This document shows positions 1-7,063 of a stretch of 13,961 nucleotides of DNA, piece after piece. Position numbers and translations under genes: made by a program. Numbering within the stretch: the first letter of the stretch is position 1; each line of letters begins with the position of its first letter. The notes below the pieces were generated by a model. It was given only the letters and a program-made list of their open reading frames with translations. It ran no database searches and had not been told where the DNA came from. This stretch comes from Candidatus Fraserbacteria bacterium. Its GTDB lineage: Bacteria; Bipolaricaulota; Bipolaricaulia; RBG-16-55-9. The stretch covers positions 1-13,961 of the forward strand of contig JBBIOR010000004.1 in assembly GCA_037443265.1 (NCBI GenBank), in the 5' to 3' direction.

Positions 1-7
1 AGCCCAT

Positions 8-835
8 TCATGCTCGTGCGTCTTTCTTGATTTCGTCCCGCAGCTTCTGGGCTTGCCGGCGCGCGGCCTCGGCAAAATCTTCTCCGGCTGAGGCATAAAG
101 CACGCTCCGCGAGACGCTGATGATCGCCCTCTCGCCCTGCTCATTGGCCGCCGCCCGCATCGCCGCAGCCAGATCCCCCCTCTGTGCCCCCACCCCCGGC
201 ACCAGGATGAAAAACTCTTCACCCACGATCGCTCTGACCCGGCACAGCTCCTCGGGATGCGTCGCTCCCACAACCAACGCGATCTGCCCCGGGTAGTGCT
301 TGCTCCAGCTCTTGGCCCTCTCGGCCACGCGCTCATAGAGCGGGCGGCCCTCACAATCGAGATCCTGAAAATCCCGTGCTCCCGGATTGGATGTGCGACA
401 GAGCAGAAACACCCCACGATCGCGATAATCGAGAAAAGGCTCGATGGAGTCGAAGCCCATATAGGGGCTTACGGTCACCGCGTCAAACCCGTAGATCTCG
501 AAGGCAGATTGAGCGTATTTGCGCGAAGTGTTGGGAATATCCCCGCGCTTGGCATCGAGAATCACGGGGATCGCTCGCGGAATCAGCGCTCGGGTCTGTT
601 GGAGAATCTCCCAGCCGCGCGGACCCAGCACCTCATAGAAGGCGCTGTTGGGCTTGTAGGCGCAGACGAGATCCCGCGTCGCCTCGATGATTTGGCGATT
701 GAATTCGAGCACGGCCTCTGGGATGGAGCGTTCTTTCAGAAATGATGGGATCTTTTCGAGGTCCGGGTCCAGGCCCACGCAGAGCCAGCTCCTATGCTCT
801 TTAGCCACATGGAGCAACTTCTCTAAGAAATCCAT
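8..835 (-). CDS. pyrF: Orotidine-5'-phosphate decarboxylase (type 2 subfamily)
   Basis: 275-aa ORF with LCVGLDP, YKPNSAFYE, catalytic DAKRGDIPNT (DxKxxDIxxT), GATHP, PGVGAQ and SRSVLYA motifs. Confidence 0.96.
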   Translation of the reverse strand: MDFLEKLLHVAKEHRSWLCVGLDPDLEKIPSFLKERSIPEAVLEFNRQIIEATRDLVCAYKPNSAFYEVLGPRGWEILQQTRALIPRAIPVILDAKRGDIPNTSRKYAQSAFEIYGFDAVTVSPYMGFDSIEPFLDYRDRGVFLLCRTSNPGARDFQDLDCEGRPLYERVAERAKSWSKHYPGQIALVVGATHPEELCRVRAIVGEEFFILVPGVGAQRGDLAAAMRAAANEQGERAIISVSRSVLYASAGEDFAEAARRQAQKLRDEIKKDARA

Positions 836-848
836 GCTACTCTCAAGG

Positions 849-878
849 AGAATAGCCCGGCCGGATAAGGGTTGTCAA
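849..878 (-). promoter_or_regulatory. Putative sigma70-type promoter for pyrF
   Basis: Minus strand TTGACA (878-873), 18-nt spacer, TATTCT (854-849), then 13 nt to the ATG at 835. Confidence 0.6.
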
Positions 879-890
879 ACTCCAAGGACG

Positions 891-920
891 TTGACGTGCG
901 TGGAGGGTTCTCTTTACAAT
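891..920 (+). promoter_or_regulatory. Putative sigma70-type promoter for the trkA-trkH operon
   Basis: TTGACG (891-896), 18-nt spacer, TACAAT (915-920), 27 nt upstream of ATG 948; back-to-back with the pyrF promoter. Confidence 0.65.
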
Positions 921-947
921 GGCCCATTCAAACGGAAGTGGTTGAAA

Positions 948-2258
948 ATGAAAGTGGTGGTGATCGGGGCGGGTCAGGTGGGCCAGAGCATCGCCCAGGC
1001 CCTGCAAGAGGACCACGACGTAGTGGTCATTGAGCGCGATAAGCACCAACTGGAGCTCCTCTCGGAGTATGACGTCATGGCTATTGAGGGGAATGGGGCC
1101 AGCTTGCGGGTGCTCGAGGAGGCCGGCGCCAGGGGGGCCCATCTCGTGATCGCCTGCACGAACATTGATGAGGTCAACATCGTGGCCTGTGCCGGCAGCA
1201 AGCAGCTGGGCGCGGCTTTCACCATTGCGCGCGTCCACGACACGGAATACATCGAGACCTGGGAGAGGGGCCGCCTGGGAGTCGATTTCATGGTCTGCAG
1301 TGAGCTGCTCACCTCAGAGCTGATGGCTCAGCTCATCGGGGTGCCGGCAGCCCGCGAGATCCACACCTTTGCGGAAGGCCGCATCCTCATGGCCGAGCTT
1401 CTCATCGATAAGGGCTCCTCTTGGGCCAGCCGGCCCATCAAGGAGCTGGAGCTGCCTGCGGCCTCCATGATTGTCAGCCTCATCCGCGGCGGACGAGTCA
1501 TCATCCCCGGCGGAGAAGATGAGGTCCAGGACGGGGATCTGATGGTGAGCATCGGGACGCCCGAGGCTGTGGCCCAGCTCAACCGGCGGGCCAGTGGGCA
1601 AGCGCCTCCTCAGAACATCGTGATCATCGGCGGAGGCCGCATCGGCTATCGCCTGGCTCTCACCCTGGAACGGCAGGGCCTGCGGCCCAAGATCATCGAA
1701 GCTGACCCGCAGCGCAGCCGCTGGCTGGCCGAGCATCTTACCAGAAGCCAAGTCTTTCAAAGCAGCGGCGTCGATCTTGAGTTTCTGGAGAGCGAGCGGA
1801 TCGGCGAGTGCGAAGCGGGAGCCTGTGTGATGGACAAAGATGAGAAGAATTTGCTTTCGGCCCTGCTGCTTAAGAGCCTGGGGGTGAAGAAAGTCATCGC
1901 GGGCGTGGCCAACACGCACTACATCAAAGTCTTTGAGAGAGTGGGCGTGGACGTGGCCGTGAGCGCCAGAAAAGTGATCGCCGAAGAGATCATTCGCTTC
2001 ACCAAGAGCAGAGGGGCCGGGATCTCCATTCTGGAAGGGGAGCGGGCTGAGGTGCTTGAGACGACGGTCTCGCCCAAAAGTCCGCTGATCGGTGTTCCTC
2101 TGAAACAAGCACCCCTTCCCAAGGGTGCGATCGTAGGAGGCGTAGTACGGAGGAAGCAAGTCATCATCCCTCGCGGAGACGATGCGCTCCTGGCGGGGGA
2201 TCGAGTCATCATCTTCAGCACCAAGGAAGTGGCGCCCGAGATCGAGCGGATGCTATGA
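948..2258 (+). CDS. trkA: Trk system potassium uptake protein TrkA (tandem RCK/NAD-binding domains)
   Basis: Start at ATG 948 gives MKVVVIGAGQVG (GxGxxG); second Rossmann motif IVIIGGGRIG; two RCK-C domains with IIPxGxD; 436 aa. The ORF-track extension to 687 overlaps pyrF and was not used. Confidence 0.95.
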   Translation: MKVVVIGAGQVGQSIAQALQEDHDVVVIERDKHQLELLSEYDVMAIEGNGASLRVLEEAGARGAHLVIACTNIDEVNIVACAGSKQLGAAFTIARVHDTEYIETWERGRLGVDFMVCSELLTSELMAQLIGVPAAREIHTFAEGRILMAELLIDKGSSWASRPIKELELPAASMIVSLIRGGRVIIPGGEDEVQDGDLMVSIGTPEAVAQLNRRASGQAPPQNIVIIGGGRIGYRLALTLERQGLRPKIIEADPQRSRWLAEHLTRSQVFQSSGVDLEFLESERIGECEAGACVMDKDEKNLLSALLLKSLGVKKVIAGVANTHYIKVFERVGVDVAVSARKVIAEEIIRFTKSRGAGISILEGERAEVLETTVSPKSPLIGVPLKQAPLPKGAIVGGVVRRKQVIIPRGDDALLAGDRVIIFSTKEVAPEIERML

Positions 2259-3745
2259 AGCTTGTCGTCGATCTACCATCGTCGTTTCATCTCATCGCGG
2301 TGCTTCTTCAATGGATCGGGTTGGCGTTCCTGTTGCCGCTGGTGGTGGCGTTGCTCTATGGCGAGCCGCCGTGGCCCTGGGTGCTCTCCTTGGGCGTGAC
2401 CTCTGTGCTAGGGATGCTCCTTGGGCTGCTGACGCGTCACAGTGAGGAGATCGGGCTGCGCGAGGCCTTCTTGGTGGTGGCTGTGGGCTGGCTGGCGGTG
2501 GCCGCCGTGGGCAGCCTGCCGTATCTATCGCTGAACGCCCTCTCGCCAGTGGGCGCCTTCTTCGAGTCGATGAGCGGCTTTACCACCACGGGGGCCACGG
2601 TGCTCGAAGGGATCGAATCACAGCCCAGGTCTCTTCTGTTCTGGCGGGCGCTCTCGCAGTGGCTGGGGGGCATGGGCATCATCGTCCTGGCGATTGCCAT
2701 TCTGCCCCGACTGGCCGTGGGAGGCCGCCAGCTGCTGGAAGCCGAAGTGCCTGGCCTGGAAGTTGAGCGACTCACCCCGCATATCCGCGAGACCGCCCGA
2801 GCGCTCTGGAAGGTCTATGCTGGCCTGAGCGCGGCTGAGATCTTGCTGCTGCTCTCCACGGGCGTCTCCTTCTACGAAGCCGTAACTCACACGTTTACGA
2901 CTCTCTCCACCGGAGGATTTGGCACTCGCTCCGAGAGTCTTCAGACTTTCTCTGCGCTGACCCAATGGGTCGTTATAATTTTCATGTTGCTGGGTGGCAT
3001 AAACTTCGCCCTGCTCTATCGCGGATTTAAGAGCCGGCTGCGCTTCGGCTCCCTCTTGGCCCACGATGAGGAGTTCCGCTTCTATGTAGCTGTCTTTGCC
3101 TCCATGACGATACTGCTCGCCTTCGTGCTCCTTCTGGGCTCCCGCAGTGCGACCACCCTGGAAGAGACCCTAAGGCAGAGCGCTTTTCAAGTGGCTAGCC
3201 TCATGACCACCACCGGCTATGCCAACGCGGACTTCAATGATTGGGATTCGACCGCGAAGCTGCTTCTTTTGGCGCTCATGTTCTTGGGAGGCAGTGCCGG
3301 CAGCACCTCCGGCTCGATTAAGCTGGTGAGAACGCTGCTCATCTTCAAGCTGATGGGGCGCGAGATCCGGCGCATTCTTCATCCCCAGGCCGTCATCCCG
3401 ATCCGCTTGGGGTCCCGAGTGATCAGCGAGGAGGCCCTGAGCGGAATCATGATCTTCGCGATTCTTTATGTGACGATCTTCGCCTTGGGGAGCATCCTGC
3501 TCATGCTGGACGTGGAGCGGGTGGGGGGCATCCAGGGGCAGCCCCTGGCTGTGCTGGATGCCGTCAGTGCCGTGGCCGCCACCCTGGGGAACGTGGGCCC
3601 CGGATTTGGGGTCGTGGGACCCATGGCTTCCTATGCCCCGTTGCCTGACACTTCCAAAATGCTTCTCACGCTTCTCATGTGGATTGGGCGTCTGGAAATA
3701 TTCCCAGTGATCGTGCTGCTCACCCGGAGCTACTGGCGGGGATGA
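2255..3745 (+). CDS. trkH: Trk system potassium uptake membrane protein TrkH
   Basis: 496-aa polytopic protein; four filter motifs SGFTTTGAT, LSTGGF, MTTTGY and GNVGPG; WLGGMGII, GSTSGSIK and GRLEI; ATGA overlap with the trkA stop. Confidence 0.95.
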   Translation: MKLVVDLPSSFHLIAVLLQWIGLAFLLPLVVALLYGEPPWPWVLSLGVTSVLGMLLGLLTRHSEEIGLREAFLVVAVGWLAVAAVGSLPYLSLNALSPVGAFFESMSGFTTTGATVLEGIESQPRSLLFWRALSQWLGGMGIIVLAIAILPRLAVGGRQLLEAEVPGLEVERLTPHIRETARALWKVYAGLSAAEILLLLSTGVSFYEAVTHTFTTLSTGGFGTRSESLQTFSALTQWVVIIFMLLGGINFALLYRGFKSRLRFGSLLAHDEEFRFYVAVFASMTILLAFVLLLGSRSATTLEETLRQSAFQVASLMTTTGYANADFNDWDSTAKLLLLALMFLGGSAGSTSGSIKLVRTLLIFKLMGREIRRILHPQAVIPIRLGSRVISEEALSGIMIFAILYVTIFALGSILLMLDVERVGGIQGQPLAVLDAVSAVAATLGNVGPGFGVVGPMASYAPLPDTSKMLLTLLMWIGRLEIFPVIVLLTRSYWRG

Positions 3746-4845
3746 TGGAGGGGACTCAGCGTATTTTTGTCATTTTGGGTCATACGGCCGCGATCACGCC
3801 CGAATTCACTCTCGATGATCTGCCGGGCAGCGCTGGCCGTCTGGATATCCTCTGCCGCTGCGTTACGGCCGCCTTCTGTCTCTCCCACGGCATCCGAAAA
3901 GACGTCGAGGTCTATCTGGTGTTGCGCGATCAAATCACTCTGCACGTTGAGGGGACTTCTCTTAGGAGGCTCAATCCCGACGAGCGGAGCACCGGTGCGC
4001 TCATTCAGCATGCGCTCCAAGCCCTCCAAGAAGGACGCACCCAAAGCACTCCCGGCCTGCGGGTCTGCCGGCAGGGCCTGCGGGACGTCTTAAGAGAACT
4101 CAACACCCAGGGTGTCCCGTGCTATGTGCTCGACGAACGCGGTCGAGACATGCGCACAGTCAGCATCGAAGAGCCGGTGGCGTTCCTCTTGAGCGATCAT
4201 CAAAATTTTACTCCTGAAGAAGAGGCTCTACTCTCAAGTCTTCCGAAGATCAGCCTGGGCCCCGTGGTGCTCCATGCGGATCACTCCATCGTGATTGCCC
4301 ATAACGAACTGGATCGGAGGGCCTTGCGCTTTGGGTCGGATTGTCGTAAGATCTCCCTTCTGATGGCCGAGCCCAAAGGCAAGCCCGTTCGAGAGTCGTG
4401 GGTGGAGATGGTCCAGGTGGTGCGGCCTGGGGATGCGAACCCTTTAGGGATCGCCTTCGGTGGGACGGTCGTGGCCTGGATGGACATGGCCGCGGCCGTG
4501 GCCGCCATGCGCCACGCGCGCAAACCTGTGGTCACCGCATCCATTGATAATTTGAGTTTTTTGTCGCCCATCCGCGTCGGTGAGCTCGCCATCATCCGCT
4601 CCGCTGTGCATTATACCGGCCGCACCTCCATGGAGGTCGGCGTCTGGATCGAATCTGAAAATCCCATCACGGGGGAGCGCAAGCCCACTACCCATGGCTA
4701 TCTGACCTTCGTGGCCTTGGATGAGCACGGCCGGCCCACGCCCGTTCCGCCCGTCATTCCGGAGACGCCTGAAGAGAAGCAGCGCTACAACGAAGCCAAG
4801 CGTCGCAGGGAATACAAGCTTAGGCTGAGGGAGGAGCAGGGGTGA
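3742..4845 (+). CDS. trmY: tRNA (pseudouridine(54)-N1)-methyltransferase TrmY (SPOUT fold, ~3742-4320) continuing in frame into a hotdog-fold acyl-CoA thioesterase
   Basis: TrmY motifs DLPGSAGRLDILCRC, AFCLSHGIRKDV, LNPDERS, STPG, FLLSDH and ISLGPVVLHADHSIVIAHNELD. Start ATG 3742 (ATGA overlap with the trkH stop) or 3745. No stop codon until 4843-4845. Confidence 0.85.
   Translation: MMEGTQRIFVILGHTAAITPEFTLDDLPGSAGRLDILCRCVTAAFCLSHGIRKDVEVYLVLRDQITLHVEGTSLRRLNPDERSTGALIQHALQALQEGRTQSTPGLRVCRQGLRDVLRELNTQGVPCYVLDERGRDMRTVSIEEPVAFLLSDHQNFTPEEEALLSSLPKISLGPVVLHADHSIVIAHNELDRRALRFGSDCRKISLLMAEPKGKPVRESWVEMVQVVRPGDANPLGIAFGGTVVAWMDMAAAVAAMRHARKPVVTASIDNLSFLSPIRVGELAIIRSAVHYTGRTSMEVGVWIESENPITGERKPTTHGYLTFVALDEHGRPTPVPPVIPETPEEKQRYNEAKRRREYKLRLREEQG
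4324..4352 (+). promoter_or_regulatory. Putative internal promoter for the thioesterase, inside the trmY-thioesterase linker
   Basis: TTGCGC (4324-4329), 17-nt spacer, TAAGAT (4347-4352), then 10 nt to in-frame ATG 4363; no SD. Confidence 0.5.
4363..4845 (+). CDS. Acyl-CoA thioesterase, YciA-like hotdog fold (probably also expressed independently from ATG 4363)
   Basis: 160 aa: DANPLGIAFGGTVVAWMD, VVTASID, SFLSPIRVGE, TGRTSMEVGV, LTFVALDEHGRPTPVPP and C-terminal helix RYNEAKRRRE. Confidence 0.85.
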   Translation: MAEPKGKPVRESWVEMVQVVRPGDANPLGIAFGGTVVAWMDMAAAVAAMRHARKPVVTASIDNLSFLSPIRVGELAIIRSAVHYTGRTSMEVGVWIESENPITGERKPTTHGYLTFVALDEHGRPTPVPPVIPETPEEKQRYNEAKRRREYKLRLREEQG

Positions 4846-5255
4846 CCCTTAAGCCGCTTCTCGTCGATCGACTCCGGCCCCATGAGGCTACGGATCCGGC
4901 CATCCTGGAGAACTTGATCTCTGAGCTCAAGGTGAAGGGGAGCCTGAAAGACCCGATCATCGTGGATCGAGAGACGCTCGTGATCCTAGACGGCCACCAT
5001 CGCCATGCCGCGTATAAGGCGCTCGGCTTTAAGCAGGTCCCCTGCCTCTTAGTGGATTATCGCTCGCCCCAGGTGCGGGTCCTGCCCCGGCGACCGGAGA
5101 TCCCTGTGTCGAAAGAGGAAGTCATTCGCCGGGGTCTACAGGGCGAACTCTATCCGCCTAAGACGACCCGCCATATTTTCATCGGGCTGGCCTTGAGTCC
5201 CTCACTTGAGCAATCCCCTCGATTTGCACTACAATACGATCAAGATGGCTTATGA
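4842..5255 (+). CDS. ParB/Srx N-terminal domain protein, short SerK/SbnI-like family
   Basis: GTG start overlapping the upstream TGA, with SD GAGGGAGGAG (4827-4836). Motifs LRPHE, PIIVD, ILDGHHR, VPCLLVDY, SKEEV and YPPKTTRH. Confidence 0.8.
   Translation: MTLKPLLVDRLRPHEATDPAILENLISELKVKGSLKDPIIVDRETLVILDGHHRHAAYKALGFKQVPCLLVDYRSPQVRVLPRRPEIPVSKEEVIRRGLQGELYPPKTTRHIFIGLALSPSLEQSPRFALQYDQDGL
5206..5235 (+). promoter_or_regulatory. Putative promoter for pcm inside the 3' end of the ParB-like gene
   Basis: TTGAGC (5206-5211), 18-nt spacer, TACAAT (5230-5235), then 9 nt to ATG 5245. Confidence 0.5.
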
Positions 5256-5940
5256 TCCGCCAGGAGATAGCGAGGATTTCAGTGGCTCTCCCCAGAAGGA
5301 TCGCCAGCTCATGGTCGAGCGCCTGCGCGGGCAGGGCATCCGCGCTGAGCGTGTGCTCGCAGCCATGGCCCGAATCCCCCGACATCGCTTCGTGAGCGAG
5401 CAGTACTGGGATCAGGCTTACGCTGACCATCCCCTGCCCATCGAGGATGGCCAGACGATCTCCCAGCCCTACATCGTAGCGCTCATGACAGAAGCTTTGG
5501 AGCTAAAGCCGCAGGCGCGGGTTCTCGAAATCGGCACGGGCTCCGGCTATCAGACGGCGATTCTTGCCGAGCTGGCTGGCGGGGTTTATACTATAGAGCG
5601 GTCTCGCGTGCTCTTGGAGAAGGCGCGCGAGCGCCTGGAGGCGGCAGGATATCTTAATGTCCACTTCAAGCTGGGAGATGGCACCCTAGGTTGGGAGGAG
5701 TTCGCGCCCTATGAGGCCATCATCGCGACCGGCGCGGTTCCTAAGGTGCCACCTTCACTCATTCGACAACTAGGCGACGGGGGAAGGCTCGTCCTTCCCG
5801 TCGGAGATCGCCGAGTGCAGACGCTTCTTTTGATCCGACGGCGCGGTGAGACCCTCAGCGAGCGCGCACTCTGCCATTGCAGCTTCCTGCCCCTGGTGGG
5901 AAAGGAGGGATGGCCGGAGGAAGAACGGACTCGCAACTGA
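5245..5940 (+). CDS. pcm: Protein-L-isoaspartate(D-aspartate) O-methyltransferase
   Basis: IPRHRFV, AYADHPLPI, GQTISQPY, SAM motif VLEIGTGSGYQTAILAEL, GDGTLGW and QLGDGGRLVLPVG. Start ATG 5245 preferred; the exact start is uncertain. Confidence 0.95.
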   Translation: MAYDPPGDSEDFSGSPQKDRQLMVERLRGQGIRAERVLAAMARIPRHRFVSEQYWDQAYADHPLPIEDGQTISQPYIVALMTEALELKPQARVLEIGTGSGYQTAILAELAGGVYTIERSRVLLEKARERLEAAGYLNVHFKLGDGTLGWEEFAPYEAIIATGAVPKVPPSLIRQLGDGGRLVLPVGDRRVQTLLLIRRRGETLSERALCHCSFLPLVGKEGWPEEERTRN

Positions 5941-6025
5941 ACTGAGCAGACGCACTGTGGACTGTCGTCAAAGTTGAAATCGGAACCGAATGAATCCAAA
6001 TACAACAGGGAGGGGTAACGGAATT

Positions 6026-7063
6026 ATGAAGAAGTTATTCGCTGTCGTTGGAGTATTGGCACTTTTGGGCTTCATCCTGGCCGGATGTGCGGGCAACCAA
6101 CCGCCCACCGTCACCTTCGTCAACCCAAAGGACGGAGCGACCGTCACGGGCAAGAACGTCCAGTTCGAAGTCAAGGGTGAGGACAAGGACCTGGCCCAGG
6201 GCAAGCAGCTCAAGTACTCCTGGGACTTCGGAGACGGCAAGGGCAAGAAAGAGGGCCCGGAGGCCAAAGTGAGTTATCAATATGAGAAGCCGGGCCCATA
6301 CACCGTAAAGGTCGTGGCTATCGACGACAAGAACGCCAAGAGCAAGGAAGTTAGCATTAAGATCACGGTTCAGAACGCGCCGCCTGTGGCGGAGGCCAAG
6401 GCCACGCCCACCCAGGGTCCGGCTCCGCTCAAGGTCGAGTTGGACGCCAGCGCCTCCCGTGATCCGGACGGCCAGATCACCAAATACGAGTGGGACTTCG
6501 GCGACGGCCAGAAGGGCTCCGGTGTGAAAGTCACTCATGAATACCCTGAGGCGAAGACGTACACGGTGACGCTCACGGTCACAGACAACGACAACGCCAC
6601 CGCGAAGAAGAACCTCACGATCACAGTACAAGCACCCCCGCCGCCCTCCGGTGTCGTTGAGGTCCAGCTGGTCCTCACCGCGGATGGGAAATTTGCCTTT
6701 GACCCGCCGGTGGTGAAGGTCAACCCGGGAGACACAGTCCGCTGGGTCTGCAAGAGCGGCTGCCCCCACAGTGCCACGGCATACTCGACGGCGAACGGCA
6801 AGGCCCAGGGCATCCCCGCGGGTGGACCCTCTTGGGACTCCAAGCTGCTCAGCAAGGTGGGCGATGAGTTCGCCTTTACCTTCCCGGCCGATGCTCCGCC
6901 GGGGACTTACGCTTATTTCTGCTCCCCCCATGAGGCGGCCGGCCAGGTGGGTCTGCTGATCGTGGGAAAGTTCACGGAGCTCTCTGCTGAGTTTCTCAAT
7001 AGCCTGCCTCCCATGGCCAAGGCGGAGATGCAGAAGCTAATCGAGCAGGCGAAGAATCTCTGA
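6026..7063 (+). CDS. Lipoprotein with two PKD domains and a C-terminal plastocyanin/halocyanin-type cupredoxin domain
   Basis: SD GGGAGGGG before ATG 6026; signal peptide with lipobox LAGC (Cys21); two WDFGDG PKD signatures; Pro-rich linker; cupredoxin motifs FDPPVVKVNPGDTVRW, PHS and YAYFCSPHEAAGQVG. Confidence 0.88.
   Translation: MKKLFAVVGVLALLGFILAGCAGNQPPTVTFVNPKDGATVTGKNVQFEVKGEDKDLAQGKQLKYSWDFGDGKGKKEGPEAKVSYQYEKPGPYTVKVVAIDDKNAKSKEVSIKITVQNAPPVAEAKATPTQGPAPLKVELDASASRDPDGQITKYEWDFGDGQKGSGVKVTHEYPEAKTYTVTLTVTDNDNATAKKNLTITVQAPPPPSGVVEVQLVLTADGKFAFDPPVVKVNPGDTVRWVCKSGCPHSATAYSTANGKAQGIPAGGPSWDSKLLSKVGDEFAFTFPADAPPGTYAYFCSPHEAAGQVGLLIVGKFTELSAEFLNSLPPMAKAEMQKLIEQAKNL

Noticed and set aside
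1..11. ATG codons on the minus strand overlapping or following the pyrF stop, suggesting a coupled downstream gene
   Set aside because: Only a few codons lie inside the window, so it cannot be identified.
853..870. CCGGCCGG palindrome and GGCCGGATAAGG resembling half of an enterobacterial REP element
   Set aside because: Short and GC-rich, with no partner arm and no second copy noticed in the window; consistent with chance.
687..947. 87-aa N-terminal extension of TrkA in the ORF track
   Set aside because: Overlaps pyrF on the opposite strand and both predicted promoters; TrkA homology starts at ATG 948.
1314..2159. Long antisense ORFs (1314-2159, 6035-6931, 8724-9371, 10009-10971, 12891-13691 and others)
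   Set aside because: Shadow frames of well-supported genes in GC-rich DNA, with no recognisable motifs.
5192..5210. CTTGAGT...ACTTGAG resembling an HspR HAIR operator upstream of pcm
   Set aside because: Spacer is 5 nt rather than 7 and the second half matches only 5/7; it is really a short direct repeat.
5974..6006. TTGAAA...TACAAC with the small dyad TCGG-AA-CCGA as a MerR/CueR-type promoter
   Set aside because: Spacer is 21 nt, the -10 lacks the final T, and the dyad is only 4 bp.
6218..6510. Repeated TGGGACTTCGG(A/C)GACGGC sequence
   Set aside because: Explained by the WDFGDG motifs of the two PKD domains; not a CRISPR or mobile repeat.
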